NCBI GenBank assembly: GCA_963666345.1 | Contig: OY762721.1 | Coordinates: forward strand, 1,440,001-1,504,000 | DNA: 64,000 nt | Direction: 5' to 3' | Origin: Desulfatiglandales bacterium | Lineage (GTDB): Bacteria > Desulfobacterota > DSM-4660 > Desulfatiglandales > Desulfatiglandaceae | Part shown: piece after piece, positions 52,294-62,433 of the stretch | Numbering within the stretch: the first letter of the stretch is position 1 | How the letters are laid out: each line of letters opens with the position of its first letter | Translations under genes and position numbers: made by a program | Notes under the pieces: generated by a model | The model's database searches: none | Told to the model about the DNA's origin: nothing | The model's input: only the letters and a program-made list of their open reading frames with translations

Positions 52294-53754
52294 TCAAATA
52301 AGGCTTTTATAAAGGCTCATGTATCGCTTCGCGGACCTGGCCCATGAAAAGTCCTCACTCATGGCGTTTTCTTGAATCCCCTTCCACGCAGAAGGATCAT
52401 TGAAAAATTTCAGGGAATCTTTGACCGCCCTTAGAAACGCACCTGCCTCGTAAGGAATGAACTTAAAACCGTTGCCCTTTCCGGTCTTTCGATCAAACTG
52501 TTTTACCGTATCCTCAAGTCCGCCTGTCGCCCTTACGACCGGGATTGTACCGTATTTAAGGGCATACATCTGGGTCAGACCGCATGGCTCGTACCTTGAA
52601 GGCATAAGGAAGATATCCGCACCCCCCATTATCCGGTGGGCAAGTCCTTCGTCAAATCCGGTTTTGAGAACCAATCTGCCCTTGGATTTTTTTGCCGCCG
52701 CTTTAAGGGGCCCTACGATATCAGAACCGCCGGAACCCAGTATCAGCAGACTCAAATCCTGTTTTAGCAGATCATCCAATATCTTTAAAACAAGGTCGAT
52801 CCCCTTCTGGTTATCCAGGCGGGAAACCATGGCCAAAAGCGGTTTTTCAACAGATTTTCCGTTGATCTTTATTTCGTTCAGAAGCTCTCTTTTACAGACC
52901 ATTTTGCCGGCAAGGCTTTCAGGCCCATAGTTTGAAGGCAGATACCTGTCGGTTTCAGGATCCCAGTCCATGTAATCGACGCCGTTAAGGATACCATGAA
53001 GATCCCCCGCCCTTTTTTGCAGGATCCCCTCCATGCCCTTACCGTATTGGGGCGTCAGTATCTCTTTTGAATAGGTTGGACTTACCGTCGTAACGGCATC
53101 GGCAAACAGGATACCGGCCTTTAGAAGGCTTATCTTTCCCCAGTACTCCAGCGCCTCCATTGTAAAAAAACGATCTTTTTCAAGACCCGTTAAACTAAAT
53201 TTTTCAGCGGGAAAGATCCCCTGGTACCCCAGATTATGAATCGTAAACAGAACCGGAATCCGGGAAATCAAGGGCTTATCTGAAAAGGGGCCTATTCGCA
53301 AGGCAGGCACAAGACCTGTCTGCCAGTCGTGGCAGTGAAGGATATCCGGCGCCGGGATTAAGCCATCAATAAGTTGGAGGGCACAATGAGAAAAAAACGT
53401 GAATCGTTCCAGGTTATCGAAATAATCCTCTTCCTCGGTTCCGTAAAGGCCTCTCCTGTCGAAGAACTCTTCCCTGTCCAGAAAATAGGCATCTGGACCA
53501 TCCGTAGTGATATGTTTATAAACGGCAGCCGAAAGAGTGTCGCTTCCAAGAGGAACGTGAACCCGCCCGGGCATGCGAACAAGAGGAAAGCCCTTTTCCT
53601 TAACAGTACGGTAGAGGGGAAGAATGATGGACACCTCCACCCCGAGTTTTTTCAAAGCAGCGGGAAGTGCGCCAGAGACATCCGCAAGACCTCCCGATTT
53701 CGCGAAGGGAACGGCCTCTGAAGATATAAATACGATCCTTTTGATCCGTTTCAT
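52294..53754 (-). CDS. glgA: Glycogen synthase
   Basis: KSGGLADV, HCHDWQ, TIHN, MPSRYEPCGL. Confidence 0.95.
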   Translation of the reverse strand: MKRIKRIVFISSEAVPFAKSGGLADVSGALPAALKKLGVEVSIILPLYRTVKEKGFPLVRMPGRVHVPLGSDTLSAAVYKHITTDGPDAYFLDREEFFDRRGLYGTEEEDYFDNLERFTFFSHCALQLIDGLIPAPDILHCHDWQTGLVPALRIGPFSDKPLISRIPVLFTIHNLGYQGIFPAEKFSLTGLEKDRFFTMEALEYWGKISLLKAGILFADAVTTVSPTYSKEILTPQYGKGMEGILQKRAGDLHGILNGVDYMDWDPETDRYLPSNYGPESLAGKMVCKRELLNEIKINGKSVEKPLLAMVSRLDNQKGIDLVLKILDDLLKQDLSLLILGSGGSDIVGPLKAAAKKSKGRLVLKTGFDEGLAHRIMGGADIFLMPSRYEPCGLTQMYALKYGTIPVVRATGGLEDTVKQFDRKTGKGNGFKFIPYEAGAFLRAVKDSLKFFNDPSAWKGIQENAMSEDFSWARSAKRYMSLYKSLI

Positions 53755-53875
53755 TTCAAATTATTACTTTCAGGCTCTGCCTTTTTCGGCGAGCATTATT
53801 AGTCAGTTCCCATCCGGAAATTGTCAACTTCCGGATGCTGCTGATTTTTTCCCTGGTAATCTCAGGGCATTTCAT

Positions 53876-55974
53876 TTACTGCGGCCGAAGTTCCACGAAC
53901 TTGACCGAGATCATGAACTCCTTTTTTACTCCTTCAGGCCGGACACGGCCGGGCATGAATAAAAGGCTCGAGCCCTGGTAGGTTGATTCCAGACCCTCCT
54001 CTGTCTTGGATACGGTCAATACAGGGAAAAACATCAATTTGACGGGCTCGGAAAGGGAAAACAGGGCCTTGAATTCATCATGTTCGTTTACCAGTTCCAG
54101 TGATGTGACACCTTCCTCCTGTCCTGATTCTGAAAGCATCCTCTTTTTCCCTTTTTCCGGGAGATAATAGTAGCGTTTTTCATCCCTGTCCGAGTAAAGG
54201 TTCAAATTGCATTCGCAGCCGAACCGGCATGATTCGTTTAAGGGGGCCTCAGGAATAATTTCATAGCTTACCCTCAGCTCTCCTTCGGCACCGAGCGCTA
54301 TTGCCTTTTTGACATGGACACTCGTCCCTGTAACACTGCCCGTGCGTGCAAGCTCAATCTTCAAGGTCTCCTCACTGTGGGATGTCTCTATAAGACCGTA
54401 ACTCCCGGATGCAAAATCCCCCTGCTCTTCATAAAAATCCCTTTCATAGTCCGCGATGGAACAGCCTCATCCATAAAATGATCCATGAATGACGCCCTGA
54501 CATATCTGTCCTCTATTACCAGTTTGTAAAGACCTTCATCCCTCCTGTTCTCTACATCGTGTATAGAGAGGATTTCATTGTGTGGAGAGCCCTTACCACC
54601 ATCTCCTCCTTCCTGGAATGACTTACCGTGGTAGGCCTCTATGCGCCTGGTGAGGGTATCCTGAAGATTCAAGGCCCTTGGGAGGTATGATAATTCGAAA
54701 ATCGAGCCCCCCCTGTGTGGACAGATACCCAGGCTCACGTCAGAGGCAAACATCAGGATTTCATCCCTGCCGTCTTTGTCAAGGTCGAGTTTCTTTAATA
54801 AGACCTTTTTCCCTTCCGCTTCAAACCATATTTTCTGGGCCTTCAGGAGATTTTCATAGATCGCGCTTCGAAGGTGCCCCAGGTACAGGCCGCCGAACAC
54901 ACCGTGCCAGTAAGCGCAGTTGCACTGAGCGCGCAGGATAAACCTTTTTGCCTCAGGCATCTGACCCGCCCTTTCACTGAGAAAAAGCATTTTTTTGTGC
55001 ATCCGGTTTGATTCTTCGTATTTTACAAGAAAATTATCCCAGACGCCCCCGCGCACGTAAGGCCGCCACTGCTCCCACTGACCGCTGTTCTTGAGAGATT
55101 CAATGATCTCCGCAAGGGACTTGCCCCTGGAAGAAGAAAGCGCCCATTCAGTCATTTCTTCGTAAGAGGCCTGGGGAAGATAAAGGCGGCCAAGGGGAGG
55201 ATTTTCATTCACATAGATCCCGGGCAGTACGGTGTTCAACCACTCCTTATTAGCCTCAAGCGCGGCAAAAAAACGTTCGAGCCAGCCCTTTTTGATGACC
55301 CAGTCATGGGTCCCGGGCCACATGCCGAATTTTTCCCCATCATCACCGTAAACCGCAGTCGTATAACCCTGATCCATCATTTCTCTCAAATGCCCTATGA
55401 CCTCCTCCACCGGCTTGAAAGGAATCAGGTAACGCATGATAATCGGGGTTGCAAATAGTTTCAGGGTGTGTCCTTCCTTTTCCGTTATATAGGGGCCGTA
55501 AATCTGGTCTGCCTCCAGGCCTGCGTAAAAAAAATGGGTGTCGTCCACCACCGTATAGTCGAGGCCCAGCCCCTTTGTGATAAGAGGAATACATGGGTCC
55601 CATACCCTCTCGGTCAACCAGAATCCCTTAGGCCTGAAACCGTATCGCCTCTCAAGGTGTTCATTCATCATTTGAACCTGCTCCCTGGCGTCCCTTGCTG
55701 GGATATTTGCCAGAAGCGGCTCATAGAACCCCCCGCTCAGAGGCTCAACCTGACCACGCTCGATAAGAGATGCAAAGATTTCAAGGGTTTCAGGCTCATG
55801 GATCTCAAGCCATTCAAGCAGTGGACCGGAAAAATGTATACCCATCCTGATTAAAGGATGGGCCTCAATATGTTCAAGAATTGGCCTGTAGCACTTTTCA
55901 TTGCCCTTTTTGAAGACTTCATCAAAGTTTCCCACAGGCTGATGACAGTGCAGGACCAGAACAAGATTGATCAT
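53876..55974 (-). pseudogene. GH57 alpha-amylase/4-alpha-glucanotransferase split by one frameshift (real or sequencing error)
   Basis: HCHQP, FWLTERVW, GDDGEKFG, AQCNCAYWHGVFGG; adding one base at ~54460 joins both ORFs as DEAV-SIADYERDFYEEQGDF...TLKIE. Confidence 0.8.
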
Positions 55975-56036
55975 TTACCATTCACCTCAAAAAAACATTC
56001 CGCATCCTGATGTGCAGTAGTATTATTCACAATACT

Positions 56037-57140
56037 TCAGGTCCTTTCCTTTTCTTTGCTCACGCAATATACCCCGTCCCCTCTGAAACCGGCACTCAGG
56101 CAAAGGTTGTCCGAATTGCACAAGGCCTTTCTCAGATCACCCGACCGCCACCGATTGATCAGGTCCGGCTCCCTTATAAAGGGCCTGCACATGGATATAT
56201 GGTCGGCACCTTCCTCCTGAACGAGGTGCTCCGCCACGTTAAAGGACCTGATGCCCCCAACCAGGATAACCGGGATGCCCAGCTCCTTTTTAAAGGCGGC
56301 CGCCTCTTCTTTGAAATATGCCTCTTTCCCCTCCGAATCTATCCCCGGCCTGCTGGGAGAAAGCCTCCCTCCGGTAACAAGGCCCCCGGTCAGTTCGACC
56401 CCGTCAAGGCCCTCTTTTTCAAGCATTAAGGCCGCCCTAAGGCTGTCATCCAGGGACAGACCGTTTTCCGCGAAATCCCCGCAGTTGATCTTTATCATGA
56501 CAGGGAATTTTTCCCCCACCTCTTTTCTCAAGGCACGCAGGATCTCGAGGTGTATCCTGACCCGGTTTTCTATGTCGCCTCCATACTCATCCCTTCGCCT
56601 GTTGTATATGGGGGAAAGGAACTGACTGAGCAGGTATCCGTGGCCGGAATGGATCTGGACCCCGTCAAAGCCTGCCGCCTTTGCCCTTCCGGCTGCCTCG
56701 GCAAACGCGGAGACAAGCCCCTTGATATCGGCCCCGGTTATCAACTTTTTGGGGGAATCCTCGAATCCTTTGAGATCGGATACGAAAAGAGGGATCTCCC
56801 CTGATAGCCTTATCGCGGCGAACAGCCCGGCGTGGGCCAGCTGCATGAAGATCCTCCCCCCCTTTTCATGAACCGCGTCGGTCATCTCCCTGAGACCGCC
56901 AACCAGTTCATCCCCGTATATGCCCAGCTGCCATGGTCCGGCCTGCCCCTGCCTGCTCACATAGCTGTGACCGCTTATAATCAATCCTACGCCGCCCCGG
57001 GCAAGAGAGATCATCACCTGTTTCAGCCTTTCCGTAACAGCCCCTTCCTCCGTTGCCATGCCCTCCCAGGTGGCCGATCTGACAAACCTGTTCCGCAAAT
57101 CCACTCCATTAATACCGGTCTTTTCAAAAAGTATGCTCAT
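56037..57140 (-). CDS. NADH:flavin oxidoreductase (Old Yellow Enzyme family)
   Basis: NRFVRSAT, QLAHAG, GFDGVQIHSGHGYLLSQFLSP, DEYGG. Confidence 0.92.
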   Translation of the reverse strand: MSILFEKTGINGVDLRNRFVRSATWEGMATEEGAVTERLKQVMISLARGGVGLIISGHSYVSRQGQAGPWQLGIYGDELVGGLREMTDAVHEKGGRIFMQLAHAGLFAAIRLSGEIPLFVSDLKGFEDSPKKLITGADIKGLVSAFAEAAGRAKAAGFDGVQIHSGHGYLLSQFLSPIYNRRRDEYGGDIENRVRIHLEILRALRKEVGEKFPVMIKINCGDFAENGLSLDDSLRAALMLEKEGLDGVELTGGLVTGGRLSPSRPGIDSEGKEAYFKEEAAAFKKELGIPVILVGGIRSFNVAEHLVQEEGADHISMCRPFIREPDLINRWRSGDLRKALCNSDNLCLSAGFRGDGVYCVSKEKERT

Positions 57141-57174
57141 TTACTCCTCTTTCCGTCCAAAACGTTTCTGTTTA

Positions 57175-57591
57175 TCATATCAAAACAACCAGTCCGTCTT
57201 TTTTCTCTATTACATCGTATATCTCAAGCGGCCCTTTTACAGGCCCGTAAACCGGCTCACCCCTGTAATCATATGTTGACATGCCGATACTGCAGCACTG
57301 AACCGTTTCCGTCCCCGGAACCGGATCAAGCCTCCTTCCCATGTGCCTGCACCTGTTTTTGAAGGCATGGAACCTGCCGTCGTCTCCTTTGAGCACAAGG
57401 ACACGGTCTGCAAGGCCCCCGCCCTCCAGGCGCAGGGCCCCGCCTGATCTGCTCAGTTCAGGAGCCAGTGAAAAATCAATCTCTATCTTGCCATCCTTGA
57501 CGGACCAGCACCGGTCATTAATCGGGGTCCCTGTGGCGGGAATGCCGAATACCCGCTTAAAAAATCCACGCTTCAGGGTCTTTGGCTTCAT
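57175..57591 (-). CDS. Rieske-like 2Fe-2S protein with an atypical second box
   Basis: NRCRHMG...QCCSIGMSTYDY.G...GP. Confidence 0.7.
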   Translation of the reverse strand: MKPKTLKRGFFKRVFGIPATGTPINDRCWSVKDGKIEIDFSLAPELSRSGGALRLEGGGLADRVLVLKGDDGRFHAFKNRCRHMGRRLDPVPGTETVQCCSIGMSTYDYRGEPVYGPVKGPLEIYDVIEKKDGLVVLI

Positions 57592-57935
57592 GCGTCAAGT
57601 TCCTCCTTGAGCCATTGTCTCAGATCGCCATCCAGGGCATAGAGGCCCTTTAATTCGCAAACGGGTCTTTCAAATCTTTCCGGCATTTCAAAGCGCGCAA
57701 GTTCCAGCGCCTCATAAGAATTTCTCTTTATAAGGTAGATATAAAACGGCCTTGACCAGCAGTTGACGACGAAATAAACGGTGAATTCATCCCCCGAGCG
57801 GATCATCAGCTTGTCTCTTCTTGACCAGTTGTTCCCCCACTCAAGGTAGAGACGAACCGCCTCTTCAGGTGTCATTTCCCAGTTGATGGAATTTATCAGA
57901 TCCCTGTCTTTCTTTAATTCTTCAAGGCCAAGCAT
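57588..57935 (-). CDS. DVU0772-family protein
   Basis: INWEMTPEEAVRLYLEWGNNW, YFVVNCW. Confidence 0.8.
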   Translation of the reverse strand: MLGLEELKKDRDLINSINWEMTPEEAVRLYLEWGNNWSRRDKLMIRSGDEFTVYFVVNCWSRPFYIYLIKRNSYEALELARFEMPERFERPVCELKGLYALDGDLRQWLKEELDA

Positions 57936-58191
57936 AAGGCACCTCCTTCGTTCTTGAATCCCTCAGAAATTTCTTACCTGAAGCGATATGCAGACGCATA
58001 TTTTAACATATACCCTTTGATCACTCCATAAAATCCTTGACGCAAAGGATCAAGACCTTTCCCGCTCCATCCCGGATACGGCATTGAAAATCACGGAAAA
58101 GTTAATATATTAACATTTATAAATTTGCCACAAAAGCTCAGTCTATTATAACTATTTGAACTTATTGTAATTTATTGCCTATTTAATAAAC

Positions 58192-58233
58192 TTGACAGAG
58201 GTATTCATGAGTGGTATCAGAAAATGTCTGATA
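58192..58233 (+). promoter_or_regulatory. Sigma70-like promoter with an overlapping dyad (putative autoregulatory operator)
   Basis: TTGACA-17 bp-TATCAG; TATCAGA-N5-TCTGATA at 58215-58233. Confidence 0.6.
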
Positions 58234-58261
58234 TTTTATTCCATTTTACAGGAGCGCGCCC

Positions 58262-58981
58262 TTGAGCCTGCATGAAGATGTAGTCAGAAGGATCAAAAGA
58301 GATATCATTACAGGTATTTATCAGAAAGGAGACTACCTCCCGAGTGAATCCGACATAGCCGAATCCATGGGCGTAAGCAGGAGCGTCGTTCGCGAGGCGG
58401 CCAGGGTTTTAAGGGCCCAGGGTTACATCGACGCCAGAAGAGGGCGAAAGGGAGGGCTTGAGGTAATAAACGAGATGCCGACAGCCCTGCTTGATCAGCT
58501 TCTTGAATTTCTTCTCATGGGTGAGGTTTCACTCAGGCAGGCCTTTGATCTGAGGCTTCTCCTTGAGTTGGAGGCCTGCAGAAAGATTGCTACCGCCTCC
58601 AGGCCTGCGGACATAGAGAAGCTTCGCGAACTTAACGACAAGCTGCTTTCCACCCGGGACAACGAAGAAAGACTTTCGATAAATGTTGAGTTTCACGCCT
58701 CTCTGGGGGATCTAGGGGGAAACAGGATGATGGCGATCATCCTGAGGCTCATTCTGGAATTCACCAACCGCGCGGCTCGGCTGGCAAAGGGAGAAGATTT
58801 CCCTCTCAACTCGGATCATGTTGATCAGGAACATGTACCGATCGTTGAGGCGATTGAACAGGGGGATACTGAAAAGGCGTGCCGGCTTCTTGAAAGGCAC
58901 ATGAAGGCGGCATGTGAAAGGCTCGAGGAAGCTGAAAAGAAGTTCCTGGGCCGCATATACAGACAGACCATGTTTGGATGA
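58262..58981 (+). CDS. GntR/FadR-family transcriptional regulator
   Basis: LPSE..IAESMGVSRSVVREA HTH; FCD domain with FH..L and EH motifs. Confidence 0.92.
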   Translation: MSLHEDVVRRIKRDIITGIYQKGDYLPSESDIAESMGVSRSVVREAARVLRAQGYIDARRGRKGGLEVINEMPTALLDQLLEFLLMGEVSLRQAFDLRLLLELEACRKIATASRPADIEKLRELNDKLLSTRDNEERLSINVEFHASLGDLGGNRMMAIILRLILEFTNRAARLAKGEDFPLNSDHVDQEHVPIVEAIEQGDTEKACRLLERHMKAACERLEEAEKKFLGRIYRQTMFG

Positions 58982-59095
58982 CGGGCAACTATCTGGTTGT
59001 CATTTACAAACCATTATTTGAAAATAGAATTTTAACGCCTACAGCAGTGGGAATTATCTCAACTGATTTTATTTAAGACAGGAGGATTTAAGATT

Positions 59096-60307
59096 ATGGC
59101 ATGGCCCTATAAGTATGAAACAGGAGTTGCACACTATGACAGGGAAAAGGCATATGAAGGATATACGCTCATCACCCCTTTTCCCTCCCGTTCGGCCGTT
59201 GAACCGTACGAGGTCGCAAGCGAGGTAAATCTGCTGGATATGAACGGCAAGGTTGTTCATACATGGAAGACGCCTTACCCCGCCTGGTATGCCAGGCTGA
59301 TGCCTGACGGACACCTGATGGTCACACAGAGATTCGCAAAAGCTACCCCCAACAGACCCGGTTACGCCCCCTATCATATGGGCGGGGCGACAGGCATGCT
59401 CATGGAACTGGACTGGGACGGCAATATACTGTTCCAGCACTTTGATCCCAACATGCACCATGACTTCAGAAGGCTCGATAACGGCAACTACATCTATGTG
59501 GGCTGGGAACCGGTCCCAACGGATCTGGCCAAAAAGGTCAGGGGCGGACAGAAGGGCACCGAGCACACGGACGGCACCATGTTCGGCGACTATTTCAGGG
59601 AGATAAATTCCTCGGGCCAGACCGTGTGGGAATGGCACGGGATAGAGCATTTCGACCCTGATATAGACATCATCGGTGCCATACACCCGAGAGAAGAATG
59701 GACCCACATTAATGACGTGGATGTCATGGATGACGGAAACATATTCTCAGACTCCAGGCACACGGACGGCGCCTTTATCATCGACCGCACGAGCGGGGAC
59801 ATCATCTGGAGATGGGGAAACGTGGCCTATCTGGACCCTGAAACAGGAAGCGTTGAGCACAAGGATGTGCGTGATCCCAAGACCATGGGAGGGCCCCATG
59901 ACGGGCACATCATCGCCAGGGGTCTTCCCGGCGAAGGCAATATGCTCATCTACGACAACGCCATGTACACCTATTACTCGAGGGCGCTCGAGGTGGATAT
60001 AAAGACAGGTGATGTGGTGTGGGACAGCGAAGAGGACTACGGCCTTGAAGGCTATGTCCACGGCCGGGTCCACTTTTCACCTTTCATCAGCGGCTCCCAG
60101 AGGATGCCCAATGGAAACACCGTGGTCTGCTCGGGAGGAAACGGCGTGGTATTTGAGGTAACAAAGGAAAAGGAGATCGTCTGGCACTGGGTAAGAGAAA
60201 CCCCCAATATGGAATCCGAGGTTCACTGGGGTGTGTTCCGGGCCCATCGCTACGGTCCCGAATACTGTCCGCAGTTCGCGAACCTGCCGCCTGCAGCCGG
60301 CGAATAA
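59096..60307 (+). CDS. Aryl-sulfate sulfotransferase family protein (no signal peptide)
   Basis: MHHDF..L.NGN, WTHIND, SRH, PHD, YDN, SGSQRMPNGNT, FRAHRY. Confidence 0.8.
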   Translation: MAWPYKYETGVAHYDREKAYEGYTLITPFPSRSAVEPYEVASEVNLLDMNGKVVHTWKTPYPAWYARLMPDGHLMVTQRFAKATPNRPGYAPYHMGGATGMLMELDWDGNILFQHFDPNMHHDFRRLDNGNYIYVGWEPVPTDLAKKVRGGQKGTEHTDGTMFGDYFREINSSGQTVWEWHGIEHFDPDIDIIGAIHPREEWTHINDVDVMDDGNIFSDSRHTDGAFIIDRTSGDIIWRWGNVAYLDPETGSVEHKDVRDPKTMGGPHDGHIIARGLPGEGNMLIYDNAMYTYYSRALEVDIKTGDVVWDSEEDYGLEGYVHGRVHFSPFISGSQRMPNGNTVVCSGGNGVVFEVTKEKEIVWHWVRETPNMESEVHWGVFRAHRYGPEYCPQFANLPPAAGE

Positions 60308-60325
60308 GATTTCGTTTATTCATCA

Positions 60326-60355
60326 GGGACGCCCTTTCGGGGGCGTCCCTTTTTT
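60326..60355 (+). terminator. Intrinsic terminator
   Basis: GGGACGCCCT-TTCG-GGGGCGTCCC followed by T6. Confidence 0.85.
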
Positions 60356-60435
60356 AATCCGCCCGGTAACGATCAATACGCCTGAAACCAACGAATCCCT
60401 GGGCCCTTTTTTCGATACCTTTCTGTTTGACCAAA

Positions 60436-60927
60436 TTAGAACATCTCCCTTATGTAAAAGAAAAGCATTATACCGCTCAGGCCCATCTTTATTCCAATGG
60501 CAAACAGGTTCCCCACAAAGACGCCCATACCCGCCTTAAGGGCCGAATCCCTATCCTTTCCGGCAAAAAGTTCTCCCGCCACCGCCCCTGCAAAGCCGCC
60601 GATAAAAAGGCCGAACGGGGGAAAGAAGATCACCCCCGCAATCATCCCGAGGATCGAGGCCCATACACCCCACCTGGACGCCCCGTATCTCTTTGCGCTC
60701 AGGGCGGGCATAAAGTAATCCATGACAAAGACAACGGCCGTGACCGCGCCCATGAAAATCAGAAACCGTGTGCCGAACGGTTCCCAATTTTTGGCATAAG
60801 AAAGTAGAAGGAGGGCGAAATAACCGAGAGGAGGTCCCGGTATTACCGGAAAGACGCAGCCCAGAAGCCCCAGAAGGGCAAGAACAAGACCGGCGATAAT
60901 AAGTGTGACGGCTACGGCTGCTTCCAT
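60436..60927 (-). CDS. DUF456-family membrane protein
   Basis: Real start MEAAVAV; PVIPGP, AKRYGASRWG, GAVAGE. Confidence 0.85.
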   Translation of the reverse strand: MEAAVAVTLIIAGLVLALLGLLGCVFPVIPGPPLGYFALLLLSYAKNWEPFGTRFLIFMGAVTAVVFVMDYFMPALSAKRYGASRWGVWASILGMIAGVIFFPPFGLFIGGFAGAVAGELFAGKDRDSALKAGMGVFVGNLFAIGIKMGLSGIMLFFYIREMF

Positions 60928-60992
60928 AAAATCCCCGTTAAATGTCTCTGCCGAATCCTCTTTTTCGGAACGTTGAGCCCGACGCCGTCTTC

Positions 60993-62192
60993 TCAGATTC
61001 CCAGCCTTTCCCACTTGAGAAGATATGCGACCGCAACACCCGCGATAAAGCCATAGGCAAGGTTTGAGGCAAGGGTAATTCCCAGGATAAGGAGGGCCAC
61101 AAACATATCCCTTCTCTCCTTTATATCCATTATCGTAAGAGAAAGCTGGCCGCCGGAAAAAACGAGCAGTATCCCAAGCACCGACATGGGCAGCAGCTTC
61201 AGGACGGCAAGGGAGCCGCTCCCCAGAAAAATTGCCAGTACCAGAAAAACGGTCCCTATCATGAGGTTTGACCCGGCAGTTCTGGCGCCGAAACGGTAGT
61301 GGGCCGCCAGACCTCCCGCCCCGTGGCACAGAGGCATACCACCCAGGAAAAAGCTTCCCAGATTGGCAAGGGCCATGCTTATGGTCGTTGACTTATAGGT
61401 TACCCGCTGCGCCCCCTCTTTAAAATATTCATGAGAAAGATCCACGTTGGCGACCACCGCGTTTCCCAGGGTCATCGGTATCTGCGGAAGGGCCAGTGCG
61501 AAAAAGGCGAACATGAAATCCGCCCTTCCCGGAAAGCCGAAAGGCAGAAGACTCGGAACATATAATCCCACCCCGATGTCCTGAATGCCCGTATTTCTGC
61601 CAAGCAGGAGACCAAGGGCAACTCCGCCCGACACGATAATGAGCCCGCCGGGAAGTTTCCTGTTATCAAGCAGCAGAAGGGTCAGGATTCCTCCCGCAAC
61701 TCCTATCAATATTCCAACCGGTATGGGACCCAGATTCTGGATACCCAGATATGGTTCCGCCAACCGGCTCAACTCCTGGAACCTGGAAGTGCCGGTCATC
61801 AACTTGACACCCCCAGCCATAAGAAGTGTGCCGGTGGAAAGCTGTACTCCCCGAATCACGGCACCCGGCGTGTATTTCCCGATGAACGTCATTGCCCCGC
61901 TTACGCCTATAATGAGAAGGATACATGCCATTAAAAGGCCTGATGCGCTTATCTGTGAGGCGGTCATGCCTGTCGCGATCGCGTAGGCCCCTATCACCTT
62001 CATCGGCTGGACAGGGGTGGTTACCCTGAAATAGGCACCCGAAATGATATAAAAAAGACCGATCGACAGGAACATGCCGAGCGGGTTAAGCCCGTTTATC
62101 AGTACCATGCCGATCGCCATGGGAAGAAGTGTCCCCAGGTCTCCCAGGGAGCCGGCAAGCTCAAGGCGATTAAATCTGTATGCATTATCCAT
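60993..62192 (-). CDS. Putative sulfate/molybdate transporter (MOT1 family)
   Basis: ELAGSLGDLGT, PVQPMK, GGMPLCHGAGGLAAHYRFGART. Confidence 0.9.
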   Translation of the reverse strand: MDNAYRFNRLELAGSLGDLGTLLPMAIGMVLINGLNPLGMFLSIGLFYIISGAYFRVTTPVQPMKVIGAYAIATGMTASQISASGLLMACILLIIGVSGAMTFIGKYTPGAVIRGVQLSTGTLLMAGGVKLMTGTSRFQELSRLAEPYLGIQNLGPIPVGILIGVAGGILTLLLLDNRKLPGGLIIVSGGVALGLLLGRNTGIQDIGVGLYVPSLLPFGFPGRADFMFAFFALALPQIPMTLGNAVVANVDLSHEYFKEGAQRVTYKSTTISMALANLGSFFLGGMPLCHGAGGLAAHYRFGARTAGSNLMIGTVFLVLAIFLGSGSLAVLKLLPMSVLGILLVFSGGQLSLTIMDIKERRDMFVALLILGITLASNLAYGFIAGVAVAYLLKWERLGI

Positions 62193-62433
62193 CCTGTTTC
62201 AAAGACCCCTTTTGAGATATGAAAGTCCTGAAAGGCCCTCAAAAATAATCCTTTATACCGATATCCCGAATAAATGGACACCAAAAATTGTTTCCCGGAT
62301 CACTCTTTTTGAATAAATGTGTCTTCTATGATATAAATCCCAGACAGGCGACACATCCACGTCTGTGTATGGCTGTCGATCTTTTTCTTTTAATGAAGCT
62401 CGGATTATATCTTTTCAAAAAAAGGGGGCTTCC

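Noticed and set aside
60928..61329. N-terminal extension of the 297-aa ORF
   Set aside because: It overlaps the MOT1 gene in another frame; DUF456 similarity starts at 60927
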